Of a DNA stretch of 64,000 nucleotides, positions 1 to 8,306 are shown in pieces (the first letter of the stretch is position 1; every line of letters starts with the position of its first letter). The stretch is from an uncultured Actinomycetes bacterium (GTDB lineage Bacteria; Actinomycetota; Thermoleophilia; UBA2241): positions 388,739-452,738 of the forward strand of contig CAWHYB010000007.1 in the NCBI GenBank assembly GCA_963833555.1. Direction: 5' to 3'. The position numbers and the translations under genes were made by a program. Under the pieces are notes generated by a model. The model was not told where the DNA came from and searched no databases. It saw only the letters and a program-made list of their open reading frames with translations.

Positions 1-79
1 GTGGATACCCGCGCACGACTCCCGCGGCGATCCATCATCCGATACCTTCGGAGTCGGTCCGCACGCCAATCCCGGCCGG

Positions 80-784
80 GTGCCGTGGACCTGGCGCGAC
101 GTGCTCTACGCCCTCCTCATCGCAGCGGCCCCGCTGGTCGCTCTGAGCATCCTCAGTTCGCTCGTCCCGGGCAGCAGCGCGGGCAGTACGAAGACGGCTG
201 CGACCACGGGCTTCGCACTCTTTTCCATCATCCTCACCCTGATCGTCGACGGCTGGTTCGTCCTTTGGGCGTGGTTCTTCTCTCTGAGGAAGTACCATCT
301 GTCGTGGCGGAGCTTCGGCTTTCGTGGCTACGAACAAGGACGCTATTGGGGGATCGCCCTGGCCGTGATCCTGGGTGGCCTGGTCGCCGTCTACGTCCTG
401 AGCGGCGTCAACGACTACGTCTACCGCCGCATCGTCGGGCCGGTGCCCGAACAGAACGTCGTCAGCATCTTCCCTCACGCCACCGGCGGCCTCGTCCTGT
501 TCGTGCTGCTCGCCGTGGTCATCGCCCCGATCCTCGAGGAGACAGTGTTCCGAGGGTTCATCTTCCAGGGCCTCGCGCGCTCGTGGGGGCCTCTGGCCGG
601 CGCCGTCGTGTCGGCTCTGATCTTCGCGCTGTCACACCAGCAGCTCTCCGTCCTCGTGCCGATCTTCGCCTTGGGAGCGCTGCTTTCGGCGGCGTTCTAC
701 TGGACCAGGTCGATCTACACGAACATGGCCTTCCACGCCGTCTTCAACGCCCTCGGCGTGATTGCGTGGTGGTTCCTGAAGTAG
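80..784 (+). CDS. CPBP family intramembrane metalloprotease (CAAX protease/Abi-like)
   Basis: Uninterrupted 234-aa ORF with several hydrophobic helices. EETVFRGF and FALSHQ motifs are typical of the CPBP/Abi family. Confidence 0.8.
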   Translation: MPWTWRDVLYALLIAAAPLVALSILSSLVPGSSAGSTKTAATTGFALFSIILTLIVDGWFVLWAWFFSLRKYHLSWRSFGFRGYEQGRYWGIALAVILGGLVAVYVLSGVNDYVYRRIVGPVPEQNVVSIFPHATGGLVLFVLLAVVIAPILEETVFRGFIFQGLARSWGPLAGAVVSALIFALSHQQLSVLVPIFALGALLSAAFYWTRSIYTNMAFHAVFNALGVIAWWFLK

Positions 785-836
785 GCCTTCGCGACGGCGG
801 CGCGCGCGAGTCGTTCGGACCGCGCGCCGCCCACAC

Positions 837-1667
837 TTACTGAAGAAGAGTGGGCTTGCGCAAGTCGCGGCAGTGGCAGCCTTCGTTGTCGTCGCGACCG
901 AGCAGCGCCGCGGCGGCGTCGAGCACGATGCTCGTTACGAGGGCGGCATCGCCGGTGAAGCGGTCCTTGAGCTCGTCGTGACTCCAGTCGCGCACTACGC
1001 CTTCACCGTAGTTCACGATGAGGTAGATGCCCGCGTAGCAGGCGCCGATGTCGCGCGCCAACCAGACCTCGGGCGAGAAACTCTGTCCGACGACGTCGCC
1101 GAGCGTCCTGAGATGGCGGACCTCGGCCGGAGACTCGAATCGCGGACCCTCGGTCACCACGTAGGTGCCACGAGCGAACCGGCGACGGTCGGGCGCGAGG
1201 CGCTCGGCGCTGCTGAGCAGCGCCTCGCGCCCGACCGGGCAGACCGGTTCGCGCATGATCAGCAGCTGATCACCGACCACGCCCGCGCCGTCGCGCTGCG
1301 TGGTGAGATCGACGAAGTCATCGCAGACGACCAGGTCGCCGGGATCGAGGAGCTGGTTGAGGCTGCCCACACCGGCCTCGGAGAGGACGCGACGCACACC
1401 GGCGCGGTGCAGCACGCTGAAGACCTGTCGCGACGCGAGCCCGCGGGGCACACCCGTCCGCCAGCCGTGCATGCGCACGTGCAACACCGGTTCGCCACCG
1501 AGCGAGAAGAGCTGGAACGGAGGACTCTCGCCGTAAGGGGTCTCGAAGACAAGGTGGCGCCCGAGTGACCCCACATCGGAGCGCAAGTCGCCGGGGAAGG
1601 ATCCGCCCTGGGTGCCCGATCCGCCGATCACCGCCAGCCTCGCGGGCGGCACCTTGGCCCCGGCCAC
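837..1667 (-). CDS. S-methyl-5'-thioadenosine / purine nucleoside phosphorylase family protein
   Basis: 276-aa ORF. N-terminal VIGGSG loop plus FETPYG and RMHGW segments resemble the MTAP/PNP family. Its start lies 6 nt after the stop of the upstream gene. Confidence 0.7.
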   Translation of the reverse strand: MAGAKVPPARLAVIGGSGTQGGSFPGDLRSDVGSLGRHLVFETPYGESPPFQLFSLGGEPVLHVRMHGWRTGVPRGLASRQVFSVLHRAGVRRVLSEAGVGSLNQLLDPGDLVVCDDFVDLTTQRDGAGVVGDQLLIMREPVCPVGREALLSSAERLAPDRRRFARGTYVVTEGPRFESPAEVRHLRTLGDVVGQSFSPEVWLARDIGACYAGIYLIVNYGEGVVRDWSHDELKDRFTGDAALVTSIVLDAAAALLGRDDNEGCHCRDLRKPTLLQ

Positions 1668-1672
1668 GACGC

Positions 1673-2491
1673 TCAGAACCCCGAGAGTCGGGTGGGCACT
1701 CTAATTGCAACCAGCTGGACGTGATCGCCGTTGTCGGTCGTGAACTGCCGGAGCTGCTGGTCGAACGACGGCGGGAACTTGCGGACCTCACCGAGCGCTG
1801 ACTCGCCCGCGACCACATCCGCCCCGATCTTCACCTGTGGCGCGACGATGTGCGTGATCACGAGGAGCAGGCTGGGGTCGTCGGCGAGCTGGATCTGGAT
1901 CTCCGTATCGTCGTACCGCCCGAGCAGAGGGTAGTTGTCCCGAACCGACACGACCTTCCCGTCGACGGGACTGTAGACGAAGGCCCCCGGGACAGCCCCG
2001 ACGTCGAGCCCACCGGTGTTGGAGGAGGCGTCGCTGCCGTCGCCCCCCATCATGAAGTAGCGGAGGCCGCCGTTCGAGAAGATGTCGGCCAGCGATCCTG
2101 AGACGCTCGAGGCGTCGCTGCGCTGGCCGACAGGCGTGAAGTCTACTGCGTTCGTGTTGTCGACCGGGTGGAAGGCGATCGCCGTGGTGGCCTCGAGCTT
2201 CACTGGCAGCAGGAGGTCGATGTTCCCGAGGCGGGCGACAACGATGCGGCGATCGACCGAGGGGGCCTGACCGAACGACGAAACGACCGTCGGGCCCGGC
2301 ACCCGGGCTGGTTTGGGTACCGGCCATGCGTAGGCCGCCCAGACGGCAGCGGTGATGAGAGGGATGACCACGACGAGGGCCACCATGCGTCGGCGCCTGA
2401 CTTCACGCCGGCGGAGCCTTGCGACCTGCCGTCGTTCCTTGTTCAGGCTGTGCATGGGCCGAAGGGTATACGCGACAGGTGCCCCACGCAA
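1673..2491 (-). CDS. membrane-anchored hypothetical protein (possible degenerate LytM/M23-like C-terminal domain)
   Basis: 272-aa ORF with an Arg-rich N-terminus followed by one TM helix (MVALVVVIPLITAAVWAAYAW). The C-terminal SPVDGKVV..G segment is only weakly M23-like. An alternative start is at 2455. Confidence 0.4.
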   Translation of the reverse strand: MRGAPVAYTLRPMHSLNKERRQVARLRRREVRRRRMVALVVVIPLITAAVWAAYAWPVPKPARVPGPTVVSSFGQAPSVDRRIVVARLGNIDLLLPVKLEATTAIAFHPVDNTNAVDFTPVGQRSDASSVSGSLADIFSNGGLRYFMMGGDGSDASSNTGGLDVGAVPGAFVYSPVDGKVVSVRDNYPLLGRYDDTEIQIQLADDPSLLLVITHIVAPQVKIGADVVAGESALGEVRKFPPSFDQQLRQFTTDNGDHVQLVAIRVPTRLSGF

Positions 2492-2563
2492 CCAGTCGAG
2501 TCGTTGAAGGGGCGGCGTGGCACGGCAGGACTACACTTCTCAACGCGTCGCGACGCCAGACCT

Positions 2564-2589
2564 TCAACTCGGCAACCGGATTGCCGATA
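2564..2589 (+). promoter_or_regulatory. ECF-type promoter candidate (TCAAC-N13-TGCCGATA), 11 nt upstream of ATG 2601
   Basis: TCAAC at 2564-2568 and TGCCGATA at 2582-2589. The same two blocks with identical 13-nt spacing occur upstream of the paralogous sigma gene at 55809-55834. Confidence 0.4.
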
Positions 2590-2600
2590 CTGTTGCCATC

Positions 2601-4052
2601 ATGACTCCTTTGCAACAGGCGACCGTCATCACCAGTGCGAGCGCCGGCCCACCCGAAAGGAACGATGCGGCCATTGTGCTCGGCCTGCGCCGCGGCGACC
2701 CCGAAGCCTTCGCCGCGCTGTTCACGGCCTACCGGCTGCCGATCTACAACTTCGTGGCGCGCATGGTGGGCGACGTCGAGGATGCCAAGGACGTCACGCA
2801 GGACGTCTTCCTGAAGGCGTATCGCCAGGTGCCCCGCGACGACGCCGATCTCGCCCTGAAGGCCTGGCTCTATCGCGTCGCGACCACCACGTGCCTCGAC
2901 CATCTGCGCGCCCGCAAGCGGCGCGCCGAGACCACTCCCCTGGACCGGCACGAACTGTCGGCCACGACGGACCCGTTCGAGCAGGCCGAGACCGGCCGCC
3001 TGGTGGAGCAGACGCTCGGCCGGCTCTCAGAGCGCCACCGTCTGGCGCTCGTCCTCAAGGACTTGCACGGCCTCCAGCACGGCGAGATCGCGGCGATCAT
3101 CGGCGTTTCGCGCGGTGCCGCCGAGACGCTCCTGTTCCGTGCACGCGCCGCGTTCAGGAGCGCGTTCCTCGAGCTGTCGCCCACTGAAGGCCCCGCCAGC
3201 TGCCCGGAGGCTCGCCGTGCCGCCCTGATGCTGGTCGAGCGTGAAAGCTCGCCGCTCAGCAAACGCCGCTTCGTCGAGCACGCGCGCACCTGCCCGGATT
3301 GCCGTAGAGCGCTCAAAAGCGTCGCCCCGGGAGTATCGGGACTCGCCCTGTTCCTGCCGATGCTACCGCTGCCCAAGGCGCTCCAAGTCTGGCGTGTGGC
3401 GACGTCCATCGCGGGCGCGGCGTCGGCCGGCGGCGCAGGCGCAGCAGCCGGCGCAGGCGTGTCGGGCACGGCCGCAGCAGGCGCCGGCGCCGCCGCCTCG
3501 GGCGCCGCCGCGACCGGAGTCGGCGCGGCCTCGATCGGCGCTCCGAGCGGCATCATCGCGCAGATAGCAGCCGTCGCCGGGACGAAGATCGCCATCCTTG
3601 CGGCGACTGCGACCGCCACCATGGCGCTAGCGACCGCCGGCGCCAGGGTCCTGCCCAGCCACGCCGCCCCCGTCAAACAACCGCACCCGCCCACCGCGCG
3701 GATTCACGCAGCTGACGCAAACCCGCCCGTCGCAGTCACCGGCGAGCACCACGGAAGACGGCTGGGAGGCGGCTCTCCCTCACAGCGGGCCGCTCAAGGC
3801 CGGGGCGCGGCTCGCGACGCCACCAGGGACGCCACCGCAAAGGCCAAGGGCGCTGCCGCGGCCACCGACAAGACGGCCGCCACGGGCAAACAGGCGACCG
3901 GCAAGGACAAGGCGGCAGCCGCTGGCGACAACGGCAAGGCGGTCGGCGGCAAGGCGAGCGGCGGCAAGAGCGGCGCGACAAAGGGCGGCGGCAAGGCCGA
4001 CAAGGGCGGCGTCGACACCAAGACCAGGACCCCAGGCCCTAACGGCGCCTAG
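2601..4052 (+). CDS. ECF (sigma-70 family) sigma factor fused to zf-HC2 anti-sigma domain, TM region and Ala/Gly/Lys-rich tail
   Basis: Sigma region 2 (DVTQDVFLKAY, WLYRVATTTCLDHLR) and region 4 (LALVLKDLHGLQHGEIAAIIGVSRGAAETLLFRAR). These are followed by a ZAS-like H..C..C motif (HARTCPDCR), a hydrophobic stretch and a low-complexity tail. The ORF is open from GTG 2517; ATG 2601 is preferred because of the promoter motif and the paralog alignment. Confidence 0.75.
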   Translation: MTPLQQATVITSASAGPPERNDAAIVLGLRRGDPEAFAALFTAYRLPIYNFVARMVGDVEDAKDVTQDVFLKAYRQVPRDDADLALKAWLYRVATTTCLDHLRARKRRAETTPLDRHELSATTDPFEQAETGRLVEQTLGRLSERHRLALVLKDLHGLQHGEIAAIIGVSRGAAETLLFRARAAFRSAFLELSPTEGPASCPEARRAALMLVERESSPLSKRRFVEHARTCPDCRRALKSVAPGVSGLALFLPMLPLPKALQVWRVATSIAGAASAGGAGAAAGAGVSGTAAAGAGAAASGAAATGVGAASIGAPSGIIAQIAAVAGTKIAILAATATATMALATAGARVLPSHAAPVKQPHPPTARIHAADANPPVAVTGEHHGRRLGGGSPSQRAAQGRGAARDATRDATAKAKGAAAATDKTAATGKQATGKDKAAAAGDNGKAVGGKASGGKSGATKGGGKADKGGVDTKTRTPGPNGA

Positions 4053-4231
4053 CCAGCCGCGCCCCGTAGCGCGCGAGCGACCGGGTTGCCTCCGGCGGTT
4101 ACACATTCTCCGATCGTCCTCGCCTGTGAGCCCGGACGCTCCTTCAAGTCTCCAGCAGCCCTACCGATACCAGCCATGAAGAGCCGCACTGCACGGTGCG
4201 GCGACCCGGCTCGATCGAAGGGAGGAGCGAG

Positions 4232-4744
4232 ATGAAGCGAGTGACCCTCGGTTGCCTTCTGGCGCTCGTCGCGCTGTTCATGCTGGCTCCCGTCGCCTCG
4301 GCCTCGATCACGCTCAGGACGCCGGAACGTCAGCTGCTCGCCCTCGTCAACCACGCGCGAACGTCTCGCGGTCTGCACAGACTCACTGTCGTGACGAGTC
4401 TCGAGCGAGCGGCGCGGGCCCATTCGAGCCAGATGGTCGCCAAGACCTACTTCAGCCACGACTCCTACAGCGGCGAGGCGTTCGGCGTCGCGGCTGATCC
4501 GCTTCGGCTACGGACACGACCGGCTGCACGCTCTGGAAGGTCGGCGAGGACATCGCCTACGGAGCGGGCGACCTCGGCACGCCGAAGGCCATCTTCAGGG
4601 CCTGGATGAAGAGCTCGGCGCACGCGCGATCATCCTCACGAAGGCCTTCCGCAACGTCGGCGTCGGGCGCGCCGTCGGTACCGTACGACGGGCATGAGCG
4701 GCGTGGTCTTCTTCACGCTCGACTGCGGCGTGCGCACGAAATAG
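4232..4744 (+). CDS. secreted CAP/SCP (YkwD-like) domain protein; reading frame interrupted in this sequence
   Basis: Strong SD (GGGAGGAG) 4 nt before ATG 4232 and a signal peptide (MKRVTLGCLLALVALFMLAPVASA). The CAP motif LVNHARTSRGLHRL..AHSSQMVAKTYFSHDS is present. The C-terminal part (FRAWMKSSAH.., FFTLDCGVRTK) continues in other frames. Confidence 0.6.
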
Positions 4745-4852
4745 TCCTGAGGGATCGAGGCGGCGCGCGCTCGCGCGCGCCGCAGACGGGCGGGGGCGGC
4801 CGCACGGCCGCCCCCGCCCGATCCATCTTTGCCGCCGTGCGCATCGACTAGG

Positions 4853-7159
4853 ATGACGCCATGGCCGGACCTCTCGTTCCTGACCGACGGCTCGCACGAG
4901 CAGGTCGTCTACGTGACGCACCGCGCCGCGCGCGCGGCGCGCACCGCACCGCTGCCCGCCCGACCTGCCCGCGGAGCTCACCGAGGCCCTGAAGCCGGCA
5001 GGGCATCGCCGAGCTGTTCTCGCACCAGCGGCGCGTCTGGGACCTGCTCGGCGCGGGTCGGAACGTCGTCGTCTCGACCGGCACCGCCAGCGGCAAGTCG
5101 CTGTCGTTCACGGGACCGGCGCTCGAAGCGCACGCCCGCGATCCCCAGAGCACGCGCGCTCTTCCTCTACCCCACCAAGGCGCTCGCCCAGGATCAGGCT
5201 CGCAAGCTCGCCGCGCTGCGCCTGCGGGGTGTCGTCGCCGCGCTCTACGACGGCGACACGCCGCAGGCGCAGCGCTCACGCATCCGCGCGACGGCCACGA
5301 TCCTGCTCTCCAATCCCGACATGCTCCACGTCGGCATCCTGCCAGCCCACGAACGGTGGGCCGAGTTCCTCCACCACCTGCGCTACGTCGTGCTCGACGA
5401 GGCGCACGTCTACCGTGGCGTGTTCGGCTCGCATGTCGCCCAGGTGGTGCGTCGCTTGCGCCGGCTGTGTGCCGCCTACGGCTCGTCGCCCCAGTTCGTG
5501 CTGGCCTCGGCGACGATCGCCAACCCCACGCCGTTCGCCGAGCGGCTCGTCGGCCTGCCGTTCACGGCGGTCGACGAGAACGGCGCGCCGCAGCCCGAGC
5601 AGCACGATCGTGCTGTGGAACCCGCCGTTGACCGATGTCGCCCTGGGCGTGCGCAAGAGTGCCCTGGCCGAATCGAGCTACGTACTGGCCGAGATCGGTC
5701 CTGGCCGGCAAGCGCACGATCGGCTTCGCCCCCAGCCGCAAGGCCGCTGAGCTCATCTACGGCTACGTCCAGCGACGGCTGCAGGACCGCGACCCGCAGG
5801 CGAGCGACAGGGTGCTGCCCTACCGCGCCGGCTACACCCCGCGAGCAGCGCCGCGACATCGAGCGCCGGCTTTTCGACGGTGAGCTGCGCGCGGTCGTGG
5901 CCACCAGCGCGCTGGAGCTCGGCATCGACGTCGGCGAGTCTCGACGTCGCCCTGGTCACCGGGTTCCCCGGCACGATGACGAGCCTGTGGCAGCGCTGGG
6001 GCCGGGCCGGCCGTACGCAAGGGGATGGGCGGTCCTGGTCGCCGGTCAGGACGCCCTCGACCAGTACTTCATGCGCGAGCCCGAGCGGCTGCTCTCGCGT
6101 GAGGTCGAAGAGGCGATCGTCGATCTGACCAACCCACACATCCTGCGAGGCCCACCTCTGTGCTGCCGCCTACGAGCAGCCGCTGAGCGAGCGCGATGAG
6201 ACGTATTTCGGCGAAGCGGGCATGGCGCGTGCGGCGCAGCTTGCCGCGAGCGGCAAGCTGCGCCGCACCCCTGGCGGCGAGCTCGCGTGGTCACAATCCC
6301 ACTCCCCGGCCCCGCAGGTCGGCTTGCGCTCGGCCTCGGCCGAGACGTTCGTGATCGTCGACGGCCGCGACGGCAGCGTGCTGGGTACCGTCGAGCGAGA
6401 GCGCGCCTTTCGCTCCACCCACCCTGGGGCCGTGTACCTGCACCTCGGCGAGAGCTACCTCGTCAGGCAGCTCGATCTGAGCTCGGCGACGGTGCTGGTC
6501 GAGACCGTTCAGCGGCTCCTACTACACGCAGGCCAAGGTCGAGAAGCACGTGGTCGTCGCGGGCGCCTCGCCGCCACGGCCGTTGAAGGCCGATGCGAGC
6601 CTCTTCTTCGGCACGATCGAGGTGACCGAGCAGGTGGTCGCCTATCAGAAACGCGACCTCGAGGGCGGCGAGGTGATCGACACTGTCTCGCTCGACCTGC
6701 CCGAGCAGGTGTTCACCACCGAGGCGCTCTGGTTCACGCTTGCCGCCCGGACTGCTGGCCGCCCAGGTCGACGAGGGCGCGCAGCTCGGCGCGCTGCACG
6801 CCGCCGAGCACACGTGCATCGCAGTCGTACCTTTGTATGCGATGTGCGACCGCTGGGACATCGGCGGCCTGTCGACCGCCTGGCACTGGCAGACCGACCT
6901 CCCCACGGTGTTCATCTACGACGGTCACCCGGGCGGGATCGGGCTGACGAAGCGCGCCTACGAGGCCTTCTACCAGCTCGCGGCCGACGCGGCGCTGCTG
7001 ATCGACGAGTGCCCATGCGAGGCCGGATGTCCCTCGTGCGTCCAGAGCCCCAAGTGCGGTAACTTGAACGAGCCGCTGCACAAACAGGGGGCGCTCGCGC
7101 TGCTGCGCGCGATCACGCCCCGCGACGAAAGCGAGTTCTATGGGCGACAAGATCAGTGA
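4853..7159 (+). CDS. DEAD/DEAH-box helicase with C-terminal DUF1998 (YprA/MrfA-like); multiple frame interruptions
   Basis: Fragments in three frames (ORFs 4829..6199, 5229..5750, 5635..5883, 5880..6128, 6222..6947, 6550..7062, 6740..7159) join into one protein. It has GTASGKS, VLDEAH, ELGIDVG and the DUF1998 Zn module CPCEAGCPSCVQSPKCGN. Confidence 0.75.
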
Positions 7160-7736
7160 AGCCTCTGTCGACCGCACGACCGTCGAGCCGCTGACCGCGG
7201 CCGACCTGCCGGAGCTCGAGCCACTGTGGCGGTCGCTGGTCGACCACCTGCGCGCGCTCGGCAGTCCTGTGCCGATCGTCGACCATGGCGAGTCGTGGCC
7301 GCGGCGCCGGGACCAGTACGCCGAGATGCTCGCCGACGATGCGTCGTTCGGCCTGTGCGTCAGACGCGCCGGTGTACCGATCGCCTACGCCATGGTGCAC
7401 GTCGCCGAACCCGACCCCGTGTGGGACATGGGGCCACGCTTCGCCGAGCTGACCTCGCTGAGCGTCGCGCCGGGCGAGCGCGGCCGCGGCGTGGGCGGCC
7501 TCCTGCTCGACGAGGTCGATCGTGAACTCCTGGCGCGCGACATCGGCGAGTACGTCATCGGCGTCGACTCCGTCAACGACGGCGCGCGGCGGTTCTACGA
7601 ACGTCGCGGGTTCAGGATCGGCTATCACCTGATGCACGGTCGGATCGGCACCGGCGGCCACGATGTCGCGTCCGGCGGTGCCGGCGACGGTGCCACCGAT
7701 GATCACCCCGACACCGCTTCGCACGCCGAGGCCTGA
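7140..7736 (+). CDS. GNAT family N-acetyltransferase
   Basis: 198-aa ORF with the acetyl-CoA motif RGRGVGGLLL and the ending ARRFYERRGF. It overlaps the helicase stop by 20 nt. Confidence 0.7.
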   Translation: MGDKISEASVDRTTVEPLTAADLPELEPLWRSLVDHLRALGSPVPIVDHGESWPRRRDQYAEMLADDASFGLCVRRAGVPIAYAMVHVAEPDPVWDMGPRFAELTSLSVAPGERGRGVGGLLLDEVDRELLARDIGEYVIGVDSVNDGARRFYERRGFRIGYHLMHGRIGTGGHDVASGGAGDGATDDHPDTASHAEA

Positions 7737-8226
7737 GGTGACGGATCCGGTCTACGTGAGCGTGATCGGCGGCAGCGCGTGCTCTGACGAGGTCGCGGCG
7801 CTCGGCGAGCAGCTCGGAGAGCAGCTCGCCGAGCGCCGCTGCATCGTGGTCAACGGCGGCATGTCGGGCGTCATGGAGGCGGTCGCCCGCGGCGTGCGGC
7901 GCGGCGGCGGCACCTGCGTCGGCATCCTGCCGACGCTCGACCGCCGCGGCGCCGCCCCCGATCTCACGCTCTCGCTGTGCACCGGCATGGGCCACGCCCG
8001 CAACCTCGCCGTGGTCGCCAGTGGCGACGTCGTGATCGCCTTGGGCGGGTCGTGGGGCACGCTTTCCGAGATCGGCCTGGCACGATCCATCGGTCGCGAG
8101 GTCGTGCTGCTGCAGAGCTGGGGGGTCTCGCCGGCCGGACCGGACGCGACTCCAGAAGGACTGCACACTGTCGACGACCCTGCCGAGGCCGTCGAGCTGG
8201 CGTTGCGGCTCGTCGCCCGCGCCTGA
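7699..8226 (+). CDS. TIGR00725-like (LOG/SLOG Rossmann-fold) protein
   Basis: VSVIGGS..., VVNGGMSGVMEAVARG and IALGGSWGTLSEI match the TIGR00725/LOG-like family. The ORF is open from 7663 and the start is uncertain (7699 ATG or 7738 GTG). Confidence 0.65.
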   Translation: MITPTPLRTPRPEVTDPVYVSVIGGSACSDEVAALGEQLGEQLAERRCIVVNGGMSGVMEAVARGVRRGGGTCVGILPTLDRRGAAPDLTLSLCTGMGHARNLAVVASGDVVIALGGSWGTLSEIGLARSIGREVVLLQSWGVSPAGPDATPEGLHTVDDPAEAVELALRLVARA

Positions 8227-8233
8227 ACGCCGA

Positions 8234-8263
8234 GGGGCGGCGGGCCGTCCGGCCCGCCGCCCC
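8234..8263. terminator. perfect 13-bp GC hairpin between convergent genes (bidirectional terminator candidate)
   Basis: GGGGCGGCGGGCC-gtcc-GGCCCGCCGCCCC, lying between the stop at 8226 (+) and the stop at 8307 (-). Confidence 0.55.
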
Positions 8264-8306
8264 CGCGCATCCTAGCGGCGCCGTTCGGCGCCGTCTCTCC
8301 GTTCGA

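Noticed and set aside
3400-3560. Repetitive GC-rich stretch (and 54231..54283) as a possible CRISPR or other repeat array
   Set aside because: Both lie inside ORFs and encode low-complexity Ala/Gly or Gly/Lys/Pro tracts. The short imperfect tandem units have no spacers.
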